This document shows positions 1 through 10,022 of a stretch of 64,000 bases of DNA, in pieces; the stretch's first letter is position 1, and every line of letters begins with the position of its first letter. The position numbers were made by a program, and so were the translations under genes. Source of the stretch: an uncultured virus (IMG/VR IMGVR_UViG_3300017706_002363) (lineage: Duplodnaviria; Heunggongvirae; Uroviricota; Caudoviricetes). The notes beneath the pieces were generated by a model. That model saw only the letters and a list, made by a program, of their open reading frames with translations. It had not been told where the DNA came from and ran no database searches. The stretch lies in IMG/VR virus record IMGVR_UViG_3300017706_002363; one strand, 5' to 3'.

Positions 1-2
1 CA

Positions 3-755
3 GGATTAACAAATGTAATGGTTACTAAATGTGAAGAACGTGGTGATGTAATGACAATCATTGACCCATCGTTATACACTGAAACAAATCTTGCTGGTGT
101 AACTGCAAAAGCTGAAAACTTTGATTCATCATATGCAGCAATGTATTGGCCATGGGTACAGATTGCAGACCCTGCTACAGGTAAATATATATGGGTACCA
201 CAATCGGTAATCATGCCAAGTATTTATGCATTTAATGATAAGGTTGCTGCAGAATGGTTTGCTCCTGCTGGTTTAAACAGAGGTGGACAGGAAACAGTTG
301 TACAAGCTGCAAGAAAATTAACACATGCTAATAGAGATGTATTATATGATGGAAACGTTAATCCGGTAGCAACATTCCCTGGTGAAGGTGTTTGTGTATG
401 GGGACAGAAAACTTTACAAAAGAAAGCTTCTGCTCTTGACCGTGTAAACGTAAGAAGATTATTAATCAATCTTAAAAAATTCATTGCATCAGTATCTAAG
501 TATTTAATATTTGAAAATAACACTACTGCAACAAGAAACAGATTCTTGGCTCAAGTAAATCCATATATGGAATCAGTACAACAGAGACAAGGTCTTTATG
601 CTTTCAAGGTAGTAATGGACGAATCAAACAATACACCAGATGTAATTGATAGAAATATAATGAAAGGTGATATATTTATCCAACCTGCTAAAGCAGCAGA
701 ATTCATTGTTATTGACTTTAACATTATGCCAACAGGCGCAACATTTAACGATTAA
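3..755 (+). CDS. Tail sheath protein, C-terminal part (gene begins before the window)
   Basis: Frame is open from the window start. Sheath C-terminal motifs are present: YWPW, WFAPAGLNRG, WGQKTLQ, DRVNVRRL, FIQP..AAEFIVIDF. Confidence 0.93.
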   Translation, partial: GLTNVMVTKCEERGDVMTIIDPSLYTETNLAGVTAKAENFDSSYAAMYWPWVQIADPATGKYIWVPQSVIMPSIYAFNDKVAAEWFAPAGLNRGGQETVVQAARKLTHANRDVLYDGNVNPVATFPGEGVCVWGQKTLQKKASALDRVNVRRLLINLKKFIASVSKYLIFENNTTATRNRFLAQVNPYMESVQQRQGLYAFKVVMDESNNTPDVIDRNIMKGDIFIQPAKAAEFIVIDFNIMPTGATFND

Positions 756-758
756 GGA

Positions 759-766
759 TATTTATA
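759..766 (+). promoter_or_regulatory. Putative late promoter TATTTATA upstream of tail tube
   Basis: The same octamer recurs in about 10 intergenic gaps shortly upstream of start codons. Confidence 0.6.
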
Positions 767-785
767 TTAAATAGGAGATAAATAA

Positions 786-1277
786 ATGGCAAATTTAATA
801 GACCCAACAGAACTAATGTTCACAGCTTTTGAACCAAAGGTAAAAAACAGATTCGTATTTTACGTTGACGGTATACCTTCATACCTTGTAAAAAAGGCAA
901 ACAGACCAAAGATTGTGAACAATGAAACTGAAATCAAACATATTAACAATTCTAGATTCATTAAAGGTAGAAGTAACTGGGATGCTATAACAGTAGAACT
1001 TTACGACCCAATTGTACCATCAGGCGCACAAGCTGTTATGGAATGGGTAAGACTACACCACGAATCAGTAACAGGTAGAAATGGTTACGCTGACTTTTAT
1101 AAGAAAGACGTAACAATCAATGTACTTGGACCTGTAGGTGATAAGGTAGAAGAGTGGAGCGGAAAAGGCGCATTCATTACAGATGCTGATTTTGGAGAGA
1201 TGAGTTGGGACGAAGATGGAACACCTGCTACAATCACAATGACTATAAGATGTGACTATTGGGTGCTACAATACTAA
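786..1277 (+). CDS. Tail tube protein (T4 gp19-like)
   Basis: Directly follows the sheath, 163 aa. Contains FEPK..NRF, W..ITVELYDPI, EWVR..HESVTGR, GPVGD.VEEW. Confidence 0.9.
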   Translation: MANLIDPTELMFTAFEPKVKNRFVFYVDGIPSYLVKKANRPKIVNNETEIKHINNSRFIKGRSNWDAITVELYDPIVPSGAQAVMEWVRLHHESVTGRNGYADFYKKDVTINVLGPVGDKVEEWSGKGAFITDADFGEMSWDEDGTPATITMTIRCDYWVLQY

Positions 1278-1303
1278 TAAGCCATTATATTATATATTAA
1301 ATT

Positions 1304-1334
1304 TAGCCTGCTGTTTTATGCAGGCTATTTTTTT
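1304..1334 (+). terminator. Rho-independent terminator
   Basis: TAGCCTGC-tgttttat-GCAGGCTA stem followed by T7, just after the tail tube gene. Confidence 0.85.
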
Positions 1335-1400
1335 GCACTTTTTTAAGTTCATATATATTTATATATACTAGTTATACAAAACAACACAAGGAGTTATATA

Positions 1401-2258
1401 ATGGCAAAAATGACCGACAACTATCCTGGAAAGGAAATGTCAAACGACGAGTTAAAACAACAACTTATTAAAGACGCTAATATTAGCGAAATCAAGAAAT
1501 CAAAGTTTCCAACTGAAATTATAGATTTACCAAGTAAAGGTTTACTATATCCTGAAGAGCATCCGCTAAGAACAGGTAAAGTAGAGATGAAATACATGAC
1601 TGCTAAGGAAGAAGACATTCTAACGTCATCTAATCTTATCCAGAAAGGTGTGGTAATAGATATGTTATTGCGTTCACTTATTGTAGGTAACGGAGAAGGA
1701 AGTAAAATAAACTATGACGACCTACTATTAGGAGATAAAAATGCAGTAATGATTGCAGCAAGAATATTAGGTTATGGTGCCGAATATCCAGTTGAAATAA
1801 CTTGTCCTAAATGTAATCATAAAGAAACTGTTGAAATAGACCTAGCTTCATTAGAAAATAAAGATGTAGAAATAACAGAAGGAAATTCATTTGAATTCGA
1901 ACTACCTTTAAGTAAAAAGGTTATAGGATTTAGATTATTGACACATGCAGATGAAGAAAAAATCCAAAATGAAATTAAAAGAATGAAAAAGAAAACTCGT
2001 TCTAATGTAGTTTCATATGATTTAACAAGTAGATTGAAACAGCTAATTACATCGATAGATGGTGAAGATAGCAGAATGGCAATAAATAGTTTTGTAGAAA
2101 ACGAGTTTATATCAAGAGACTCATTGGCTTTTAGAAACCATATTGAAACTGTATCACCAGATGTTAACATGACAACATACCACGAATGCTCAGAATGTGG
2201 TGCAGAATCTACAGTCACAATACCTATGACCGTCGACTTTTTTTGGCCTAGGTCTTAA
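1401..2258 (+). CDS. Baseplate hub/tail assembly chaperone (T4 gp26-like)
   Basis: LPSKG..YP, MTAKEEDILT, two CxxC pairs and a C-terminal FFWP. Lies between the tube and tape measure genes. Confidence 0.8.
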   Translation: MAKMTDNYPGKEMSNDELKQQLIKDANISEIKKSKFPTEIIDLPSKGLLYPEEHPLRTGKVEMKYMTAKEEDILTSSNLIQKGVVIDMLLRSLIVGNGEGSKINYDDLLLGDKNAVMIAARILGYGAEYPVEITCPKCNHKETVEIDLASLENKDVEITEGNSFEFELPLSKKVIGFRLLTHADEEKIQNEIKRMKKKTRSNVVSYDLTSRLKQLITSIDGEDSRMAINSFVENEFISRDSLAFRNHIETVSPDVNMTTYHECSECGAESTVTIPMTVDFFWPRS

Positions 2259-2487
2259 TTATAAGGCCGTTTTACACCAGCAGATATTTCAGCTTATCTA
2301 TCACGGGAACGGTGGGTATACTCACACAGATGTATACGAAATGCCTATATACCTTAGAACATTTTATTTACGTGCACTAAACAAACAGCATGAAAAAGAA
2401 CAAGAAGCAGTAGAAAAAGCACAAAAAGGTAAAAGTCCTCGTAAAGGTATAAATCGTCCTACATTCTCAAAATCTAATAGAAGTTGA
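2239..2487 (+). CDS. Frameshifted C-terminal extension of the tail chaperone (gp51-like / G-T-like)
   Basis: The +1 frame is open from 2230 to TGA 2485-2487 with no start codon until 2341. It reads FFGLGLNYKAVLHQQIFQLIYHGNGGYTHTDVYEMPIYLRTFYL. A T7 run at 2238-2244 marks the junction. Confidence 0.65.
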   Translation, partial: FFGLGLNYKAVLHQQIFQLIYHGNGGYTHTDVYEMPIYLRTFYLRALNKQHEKEQEAVEKAQKGKSPRKGINRPTFSKSNRS

Positions 2488-2530
2488 TATTTATATAAAA
2501 CTAATTTAGTATAAGATGGAGAGACATCAA

Positions 2531-2809
2531 ATGGAAAGCAAGCTTAGAGAATACGTAAGAAAAATAGCTACAGAAAAACTTTCTGAAAACAAAGACATTA
2601 CAACAGAAGGATTAATTGATAGCGTGCTTAATCACATATCCGATGTACTTAAAAAATCAAGAGATGCAAGGTTTGAAAGAGAACTAGATTCTATCGCAAA
2701 AAAGAGTCCAGGTGCTAAAAAGAAGGTTGATAATTTTAGAAAAAATCTTAAACAGGCAAATGATAATATTGCAGTTGTTGATAAACTTGCAAGCGAGCTA
2801 GGTCTTTAA
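2531..2809 (+). CDS. Hypothetical protein (possible virion protein)
   Basis: ORF with GGAGA SD and an upstream TATTTATA at 2488. Confidence 0.6.
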   Translation: MESKLREYVRKIATEKLSENKDITTEGLIDSVLNHISDVLKKSRDARFERELDSIAKKSPGAKKKVDNFRKNLKQANDNIAVVDKLASELGL

Positions 2810-2812
2810 TAA

Positions 2813-5338
2813 ATGGCAAGTGATAAAGACATACAAAATCAAAATGAGTTAAACAAAGGCATTGACGAGCAAGGTCAGAAGCTTGGAGCGATAAAAAGTC
2901 TTATAGATGATATATTTAAGACTGAAACCTTAATCACGCAAGAAGCTATCGAACGTGCAAAACAAACACGAGAGCTTTCAAAGCTAGCTAATATATCATA
3001 CGGACAAGCAAAGCAGTTTCTTTCAGCGACAGAGAAACAAAGAGATTTGCAAGAAGAGCTTAACAATAAAATAAAGCAACAAGGTATAGACAATTCAGCA
3101 ATCGTAAAAGACCAACAAAGAATAAATGACTTATACAATAAAAGATTAGAAAGCGAACAAAAGGTCGCTGAATATTTTAGCTCATTTAAAAATACATTAG
3201 AAGATGCATTTGCAGTTGTAAACGATTTAAGCGTTTCAACAGGGCTGTTTGCTATTGCACTTATAGATGCAGCTTCAGAATTTGCCAATACAATGGCCGA
3301 TGCATCAACTAATTTAGGAATATCTACAGAGCAAGCAGCAGGCCTGGCAGATGAAATGGTATCTGCAAATCTTCAAACTGCACTATTCGGTATAGGCACA
3401 AAGGATAATCTATCCGCAATGGAAGGTTTGGCAGAAGCTTCAGGAAATTTAAAAGACATAACAGGTGAAGCTGCAGCATCAGCAGCAATATTATCAAAAC
3501 AGCTTGGTACAGGTGCAGAGGTAACAGGTAGACTTTTAGGTATAATGCAATTAACCGAAGGTGCTACTGTTGATTCTGCAGTTGCATCACAAGAGCTTAT
3601 TGGAAATTTAGCAAGAGGTGCAGATCTGCGTATAGGAAAAACAGTATTAGATGTTGCAGATAATTTAGAGCTGACAGCAAAATTTAGTGAAGTTTCAGTA
3701 GAGAATCTAGGACGTATGGCTGTTGAGGCTGGAAAGCTAGGAACAAATTTAACACAGCTATCTGCACTAGGAGATAAGCTTCTCAATATTGATGAGGCAA
3801 GAGCAAGTGCTATGGAATTAAGCGTTATGCTTGGCCGTCAAATAAATGTTGATAGAGCTCAGGCACTTGCATATGAAGGTGATATTGTTGGTGCTGCCAA
3901 CGAATTGCTAACTCAGCTTGGAGGTATTGAAGCATTTAATCAGATGGATGTTTACCAAAAAAGACAAGCTGCAGAACTTTTAGGTGTTAGTGTACTTGAA
4001 TTAGAAAAACAACTTATCAAACAATCACAGCTTACTGTAACAGGAGAAAGACAAGCAACAGCATTTGAAAAATCAGCAGCATATGCACAGCGTATGGGAG
4101 GCTATTTAAAGGAAAATGCATCAGTGCTTCTTGCAGGAACAAACAACGCACTGTCAATAGGAAAAGCTTTATTTGCAAACAATGGATTGCTATCAGGTAT
4201 GGGAGCAAAGCTAAAAGGATTTGCAGGAAAGTTAAGTCCTAAAAATTTATTTGGTGGTGCAGTAGATAAAACAAAAAATGCTATTTCAGGCACTGCTGAT
4301 GGTGTTAGTAAAAAGGCAGCAGGTGCTGTAAAAGGCAGTGACTCAATAACACCAAAACAAAAAGGTGGTGGAATTAAAAAAGGACTACAAGATTTAGCTG
4401 CAGGTCTTAGGTCAATGGGTAAAGGAACATTAAAAGGTATTGCAGCATTAGCATTAACAGGACCAGCTTTGGTTATGTCATTGCCGGCTATACCGTTTCT
4501 TGCGTTTATGGGATTAACACCACTTAAAATGTTAAGAAGCAATCTTCAAGGATTAGGTGCTGGACTTAGGTCTATGAGTAAAGCAGGAGTAGGAGCATTG
4601 GTTATGGCTCTTGTAGGACCAGCGTTAGCACTAGGTACATTAGCAATACCGTTCCTAGCATTTATGTCAATTCCAGGATTGGCTGTAGGTTTAACTGCAA
4701 ACTTTATAGCATTATCTACAGGACTGACTGCACTAGGTAATCCAGCAACTGCAGTATTTGCACTAATAGGAATTGGACTTTTAGGATTGTTAGGTGCTGC
4801 AATGATACCATTTGCTTATTCACTTTCATTAATTACTCCACTTATTGACTCATTTGGAAATACAATTGTAAATGTATTTGGAACAATACCACCTATTATA
4901 GAATCGGTTGGTAATGCTATATCAAATGTTGTAGGTTCGATTGGTGGATTCTTTCAAACATTATCTACACTCGACCCATTACAGATATTGTCACTAGCAC
5001 CAGCACTAGGAGCGTTAGGATTTGCAGGTGTATCTATGATGGTTGGAGCTCCAGGATTTATTGCAATGGCAGCAGGTATAGGAGTACTTGCAGGAGCATT
5101 AACATTACTAGTACCTTTAATGCCAGTTATGGATAAGCTAGCGTCACTAGGCATTTTAGGTCCAGGAAACATAGAAGGCGGAGGTGCTGAAGCTGGAGGA
5201 GGTGAAGATAAGTCAGATGTAATTGCAAACAAGCTTGATGAACTTATCTCTGTTATAAGAGAAGGTGGTAAAGTTGTTATGGACGGAAAAGAAGTAGGGC
5301 GAGTAATTAATCTAGCATCAGGACCTATAGGAGCATAA
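2813..5338 (+). CDS. Tail tape measure protein
   Basis: 841 aa, Ala/Gly/Leu-rich and helical. Coiled-coil N-terminus, hydrophobic repeated C-half, C-terminal VVMDGKEVG. Follows the chaperone. Confidence 0.8.
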   Translation: MASDKDIQNQNELNKGIDEQGQKLGAIKSLIDDIFKTETLITQEAIERAKQTRELSKLANISYGQAKQFLSATEKQRDLQEELNNKIKQQGIDNSAIVKDQQRINDLYNKRLESEQKVAEYFSSFKNTLEDAFAVVNDLSVSTGLFAIALIDAASEFANTMADASTNLGISTEQAAGLADEMVSANLQTALFGIGTKDNLSAMEGLAEASGNLKDITGEAAASAAILSKQLGTGAEVTGRLLGIMQLTEGATVDSAVASQELIGNLARGADLRIGKTVLDVADNLELTAKFSEVSVENLGRMAVEAGKLGTNLTQLSALGDKLLNIDEARASAMELSVMLGRQINVDRAQALAYEGDIVGAANELLTQLGGIEAFNQMDVYQKRQAAELLGVSVLELEKQLIKQSQLTVTGERQATAFEKSAAYAQRMGGYLKENASVLLAGTNNALSIGKALFANNGLLSGMGAKLKGFAGKLSPKNLFGGAVDKTKNAISGTADGVSKKAAGAVKGSDSITPKQKGGGIKKGLQDLAAGLRSMGKGTLKGIAALALTGPALVMSLPAIPFLAFMGLTPLKMLRSNLQGLGAGLRSMSKAGVGALVMALVGPALALGTLAIPFLAFMSIPGLAVGLTANFIALSTGLTALGNPATAVFALIGIGLLGLLGAAMIPFAYSLSLITPLIDSFGNTIVNVFGTIPPIIESVGNAISNVVGSIGGFFQTLSTLDPLQILSLAPALGALGFAGVSMMVGAPGFIAMAAGIGVLAGALTLLVPLMPVMDKLASLGILGPGNIEGGGAEAGGGEDKSDVIANKLDELISVIREGGKVVMDGKEVGRVINLASGPIGA

Positions 5339-5339
5339 C

Positions 5340-7619
5340 ATGGCATTTAATTTTAAAAATTTAGAAGAGTTCTTTAATAAAAGCAGTAAGAACATTACAT
5401 TTCAAAGAACAAATACTCAGCCTCTTAGTAGTATGACACCTCAGCCTGTTGCAGGTACATTTGGTAGAAATATAGAATATTCTACTCAAGAGCCTAGTAA
5501 ACCGCTAGGTTCGACTCCTGGTAAATCTACACTTCCTGTTGTAAATCCTATGCAGCCAACGTCAATAAAGCCCACTGCAATATTAAACAGTCCACTTGGA
5601 CAGACACCTGAAAAATCAACAGCTATACCAATATCGCCTTTTGGACAGACACCTGAAAAATCAACTGCAGTAACTAGACCTATGCCAGCGATAACAGAAA
5701 AAGAAGGTGCACTTTTAAAACTATATACTAGCTTAGGTACTTCAGACAGAAGAGCAACATTTGCAAATCCAGCTGGAGGACCAAAAATAGGTAATTCTGT
5801 AACAGACACAGGTTTTATAGGTATATTAGGAAAACCTGGCGAACCTATGAGTTTTACGTTTAATGAAAAAGCAGGTCAATCATCTCACAACTGGACAAGA
5901 CTACAGTATAACAATCAGTATAGAATGGTTTCAGGTGATAGTGGTAATATGGAACCTTTGGCTTCGTTAAAAAAGAAATCAGGCATTGCTGGTGGTCCTG
6001 ATGATATAGATAGTTTTTATAAAAAGGTAGGCAAAAACGATTTTGTAAGTTTAAGAGATGAAGCGCAAAGAAATAATCCTAGAGCTCCACTATGGCTAAA
6101 GGCACCACTTGTTCAAAGAGGTATACAGAGAGGTAAAGATAATCCTAAAGGTATATTTGAAAGAATTAATGAATTAACTGCACCTGTAATAGATACTGTA
6201 AGAATAGGAAAATATATGGCTAGTCCTGACGGATTGCTTTTTAATCTTAAACAGTTTGGTTTACAGGCTACAAATCCAAAAATGCAATATGGAACAGATT
6301 TACATCCTAGTAGAATATATAATCCTTTAGCACTTGCTTTACAAGTACCTTCAAACGCCTTAGGTATACATGCTGATAGACATTTCCTAGGCCAGTTAAA
6401 TACACCAGAAACAAATTACGAAAGAGTAATACAAAACCTAGAGCTTGCAGGTAAAAACAGGCTTATAAGTCTAGGTGAAGATATGGAATTAGGATTTTTT
6501 ACAAATCCACGTAAAGGTATAATGCCTCAAAAAATAAAAGGTTTAGAAAAACTTTATACAAAGTTCACAGTTCTACTTGCAAAAATGAGAGGCAAAGGAG
6601 AACCTATAAAAAGACTATCAGGCTTGATGGGACCTCATTCATTTTTTGGAATAGGCCAAACAACAATATATAAGCATACTTCTGGTAGAAGATTAAAAAG
6701 CGTATTTTTATATACACCTGAGGAACCTTATTATAAGAAAGCTGCAACAACTCATTATGATGACGGCAAGATATCAGAAGCAGGTAAAGGTGAACAAAAC
6801 GAAGATTTATCATTAGAGATATTAACATATAAAGGCGAATACAATAATGAACCTTATGAGTCAGACACACCTGATGGAAAAGGCTTTCCAAAAGCAACAG
6901 GACCTATTGACCCAAGTGGTATAAAACCAGGTGAGTTTAAGTCACTAGATTATAACACGCTCTACGAATTTGCAAGAGCACCTAAAACATTTAGAGATTT
7001 TAGAAAAGGCCAAGATGACACATATGAAAAGAATTCTGTTGCAAGAATAGGCATTTCAGATTATGGCGCAACAAAACCAGGTGAATCAGAAGATGACATA
7101 AACTATGATAGTGATTATGTAAAAATTAGAATTAATGATATAGCAATGAGAGCATATATTACTGATATGACAGACAAGCTAAATCCTTCATTCACAGGTA
7201 TAACATATGCAGGTAATCCTGTAGAATCTTATATGTTTGACAAAATATCTAGAGAATGGTCACTTTCACTTACAGTTCCAGCATTTACAAAAGGTGAGTT
7301 AAAAAATAATTATAAAATACTTAACGACCTAATGAAAACAATTTCTCCAAAACTTTATGGAGGTGTTGCTGGCGGCCAAATTAACAAAATAACAGTTGGT
7401 GCACTTTGGACTGAGGTACCTACAATTATAGATAACTTTGATTATAAAATTAACTTTGATGCTGGTTGGGATATAGCACTAGGTGAGGACAATGAAACTG
7501 CAGGCTTTGAATTGCCTATGCTGTTTGACATTACAATGTCAGGTAAATTCCTTGTTAATCACGATGGTGAAATATGGACAGACAAAGGTAATTTCTTTAA
7601 TGAAGAGATATGGGCGTAA
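5340..7619 (+). CDS. Baseplate/tail-associated protein (C-terminal tube-initiator-like domain)
   Basis: Position after the tape measure. C-terminal AYITDMTD..W..Y.G..E..Y.FDKISR.....L pattern is typical of gp48/gp54-like domains. N-terminus is Pro/Thr-rich. Confidence 0.55.
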   Translation: MAFNFKNLEEFFNKSSKNITFQRTNTQPLSSMTPQPVAGTFGRNIEYSTQEPSKPLGSTPGKSTLPVVNPMQPTSIKPTAILNSPLGQTPEKSTAIPISPFGQTPEKSTAVTRPMPAITEKEGALLKLYTSLGTSDRRATFANPAGGPKIGNSVTDTGFIGILGKPGEPMSFTFNEKAGQSSHNWTRLQYNNQYRMVSGDSGNMEPLASLKKKSGIAGGPDDIDSFYKKVGKNDFVSLRDEAQRNNPRAPLWLKAPLVQRGIQRGKDNPKGIFERINELTAPVIDTVRIGKYMASPDGLLFNLKQFGLQATNPKMQYGTDLHPSRIYNPLALALQVPSNALGIHADRHFLGQLNTPETNYERVIQNLELAGKNRLISLGEDMELGFFTNPRKGIMPQKIKGLEKLYTKFTVLLAKMRGKGEPIKRLSGLMGPHSFFGIGQTTIYKHTSGRRLKSVFLYTPEEPYYKKAATTHYDDGKISEAGKGEQNEDLSLEILTYKGEYNNEPYESDTPDGKGFPKATGPIDPSGIKPGEFKSLDYNTLYEFARAPKTFRDFRKGQDDTYEKNSVARIGISDYGATKPGESEDDINYDSDYVKIRINDIAMRAYITDMTDKLNPSFTGITYAGNPVESYMFDKISREWSLSLTVPAFTKGELKNNYKILNDLMKTISPKLYGGVAGGQINKITVGALWTEVPTIIDNFDYKINFDAGWDIALGEDNETAGFELPMLFDITMSGKFLVNHDGEIWTDKGNFFNEEIWA
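5596..5665 (+). repeat. 25-bp direct repeat (TTGGACAGACACCTGAAAAATCAAC) x2, period 45 nt, encoding GQTPEKST
   Basis: Exact copies at 5596-5620 and 5641-5665, inside the CDS. Confidence 0.85.
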
Positions 7620-7622
7620 AAT

Positions 7623-8003
7623 ATGAAAAGATATGAACCAAATCAACAAAAAACTACAGACAAGTTTAACAAAACTAATAAGCGTGTATACGGAACAATA
7701 ATATATCCTAAGATTGAAAGACACGAAACTGACATATACATAGATGTTATTTCAGAAGACAGAGTTGACAATTTGGCATATCAGTATTATGGTGATGTTA
7801 CTCTTTGGTGGATAATTGCAAATGGCAATAAGCTTGATAGAGCTTCTCAATATGGTATTACTTCTAGACAAGAAGGTGGTGTAGGTAAAGGTTCTATGTT
7901 TATTGCACCAGGACAGAGAATACGCATACCAAATCCTGATAGAGTTGGTGATATCATTGCTGAATACAATGAAATGTTACAGCAGCGAATATATAAGTTA
8001 TAA
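7623..8003 (+). CDS. LysM-like baseplate wedge protein (gp53-like)
   Basis: DRVDNLAYQYYGDVTLWWIIA.GN ... PGQRIRIP. Confidence 0.8.
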   Translation: MKRYEPNQQKTTDKFNKTNKRVYGTIIYPKIERHETDIYIDVISEDRVDNLAYQYYGDVTLWWIIANGNKLDRASQYGITSRQEGGVGKGSMFIAPGQRIRIPNPDRVGDIIAEYNEMLQQRIYKL

Positions 8004-8006
8004 GAT

Positions 8007-10022
8007 ATGGCAGACAGTAATTACATAACAGGTAGGCCTATGCCTGCAAAGCTTATTTCTGAAATGAACCGAAGAGGTTCTGCAGGAAGAGCAACTTCTT
8101 GGCACGTTTCTAAAAAGGTGTGGATAGAGTTAAACTCAGGCTCAAGTAAAAAATATAAAATAGCAGGATTTGAAAAAAGGACTGTTCAAGATTTTTATGA
8201 CAATTCAGATGGTGGAGGTAGAATTGTTCCTAAGCCTATTGTTAATAGCGTAAGTATAAGTACCACAGGAACAAACGGAGCTATGAGAAAAGCTACAGTC
8301 AGTTTTACTGCTTATTCAATAGACCAATTAAAAAAAATACAAAAGGCATATTTTATTCCAGGACTATCATGCTTAGTTCAATGGGGATGGAACATTAAGT
8401 CCAGTGATGGTTCTGCTGTAAAAAGGTTTCCATCAAGAACATTTAAAAGTTTCTTTGACGGACAGAAGCAAATAAACGATTGGATTGAGCAACAGGAAAA
8501 TTGTATGGATGCCATGTTTGGTGTTATATCAGATTTTAACTGGTCGTTTGACCCTGGTTCAAAATCATATTCATGTGAAATTGTTATAGACTCACCAGGA
8601 AAGGCATATATCAGTGGACCTGTTACAGTAGCAAACAAACAAGGTGCAGGCTGTAAAAACAAAGATAACGAAGAAAAAGGTGATGGTAGTGGTAACTGGA
8701 TGAGAGTTGCACTTAAAGATATTGCTGAAAAAAACATGACTGAAAACAAGCCGTGGAAAGACGGAAGCGTTTATTTAGGTGGTACATTAAGCATGTTCGA
8801 AGATGGTAAAGAAGATGCTAGTTGGTGGAGAAGAAATATAGGAAAATTCTTTTCTAGAGGTACAAACCATTACGTAACATGGAATTGGTTTGAATCAACA
8901 ATTGTTTCAGGTATGTCTCCAATATCACCAAAACATGATGCTGTAAAAAATCTAGGTTCTATATCCGATGAAACACCTCTTAAGAACTGGGGAAAGAAAC
9001 ACGTTTGGAGATTAGATAGTAGTAAGTCAATATTAAAAATACCTAAATCAAAACCGTACGCTTCATCAGACCCATGGGTATGTTTGCTGCCAGGATTTTT
9101 TCATTGGGATAATGGAAATGCAGGAGACTATGAATCAGGTTGGTTAAGCGGACTTAAAAATGACGAAGGAATTACAGCAGCACCTAAGGTTAGCGACGGC
9201 GCGCCTGAAGGTACAATGTATCTAGGTAGAGTATTATTAAATACGTACTTTTTATGGCAGACATATTTGGATTGTAAAACAATTGACGAGTATGTTATGA
9301 AGGTTGCAAAATCAGTAAATGAAGTTTGTGGTGACTTTTGGAATTTAGAATTAGTTGACGACCCTAGTGACCCATCGACAATGAGAGTTGTTGACGTAAA
9401 TTATGTACCAAGTGTAGATGCACCAGAAATAAAAATATATGGTAATACATCTGCAAGAAACTGGGGAATGTCAACAAATATACCGCAAGCACTAAGACAC
9501 TCAATAATGATGGCAACACAAAAGGCATCATCAACAGGTCCTAAAAATACAGACGAACCTCAAGGTTCAATGCTTATATATGCAAAAGGAATTACAGATG
9601 ACATGCTTCAAAAACAAGAGTTAGATGAAACACCTAATGCTCAGGAAAAATGTACAAAACCTGACCAGCCTAAAAAAGACGCAGGTGCACCAGCATCGAA
9701 TCCTTCAAAATCATACAAGGCTGCACTTGCAAACCTTGCAGATGATAGAGATGACGAAACGGTAGATGAAGCAAAAGGTGCATTGAAAAATTATGCTAAT
9801 AGAAATGCTCCACCACCTGAGCAAGGAGGTACTGTAATACCTATAGGGTTTGAAGGTGAATTTGATGGAATAGGAGGACTAACTTGGGGTATGTTGTTTA
9901 AAGCTGACCAAGTAGGACCTGTTCTTGAAGGAGTAGAATATAAGCTACAAACAACTCAAATAAAACACACAGTCTCTCAAAAAGATTGGACAACAACAAT
10001 TGAAACGGCACTAAGGATATGA
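8007..10022 (+). CDS. Baseplate hub-like structural protein
   Basis: RKATVSF.AYS..Q, PG.S.LVQWGW, DAMFGVISDFNWS and C-terminal I.H.VS..DWTT.I. Baseplate context. Confidence 0.6.
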   Translation: MADSNYITGRPMPAKLISEMNRRGSAGRATSWHVSKKVWIELNSGSSKKYKIAGFEKRTVQDFYDNSDGGGRIVPKPIVNSVSISTTGTNGAMRKATVSFTAYSIDQLKKIQKAYFIPGLSCLVQWGWNIKSSDGSAVKRFPSRTFKSFFDGQKQINDWIEQQENCMDAMFGVISDFNWSFDPGSKSYSCEIVIDSPGKAYISGPVTVANKQGAGCKNKDNEEKGDGSGNWMRVALKDIAEKNMTENKPWKDGSVYLGGTLSMFEDGKEDASWWRRNIGKFFSRGTNHYVTWNWFESTIVSGMSPISPKHDAVKNLGSISDETPLKNWGKKHVWRLDSSKSILKIPKSKPYASSDPWVCLLPGFFHWDNGNAGDYESGWLSGLKNDEGITAAPKVSDGAPEGTMYLGRVLLNTYFLWQTYLDCKTIDEYVMKVAKSVNEVCGDFWNLELVDDPSDPSTMRVVDVNYVPSVDAPEIKIYGNTSARNWGMSTNIPQALRHSIMMATQKASSTGPKNTDEPQGSMLIYAKGITDDMLQKQELDETPNAQEKCTKPDQPKKDAGAPASNPSKSYKAALANLADDRDDETVDEAKGALKNYANRNAPPPEQGGTVIPIGFEGEFDGIGGLTWGMLFKADQVGPVLEGVEYKLQTTQIKHTVSQKDWTTTIETALRI

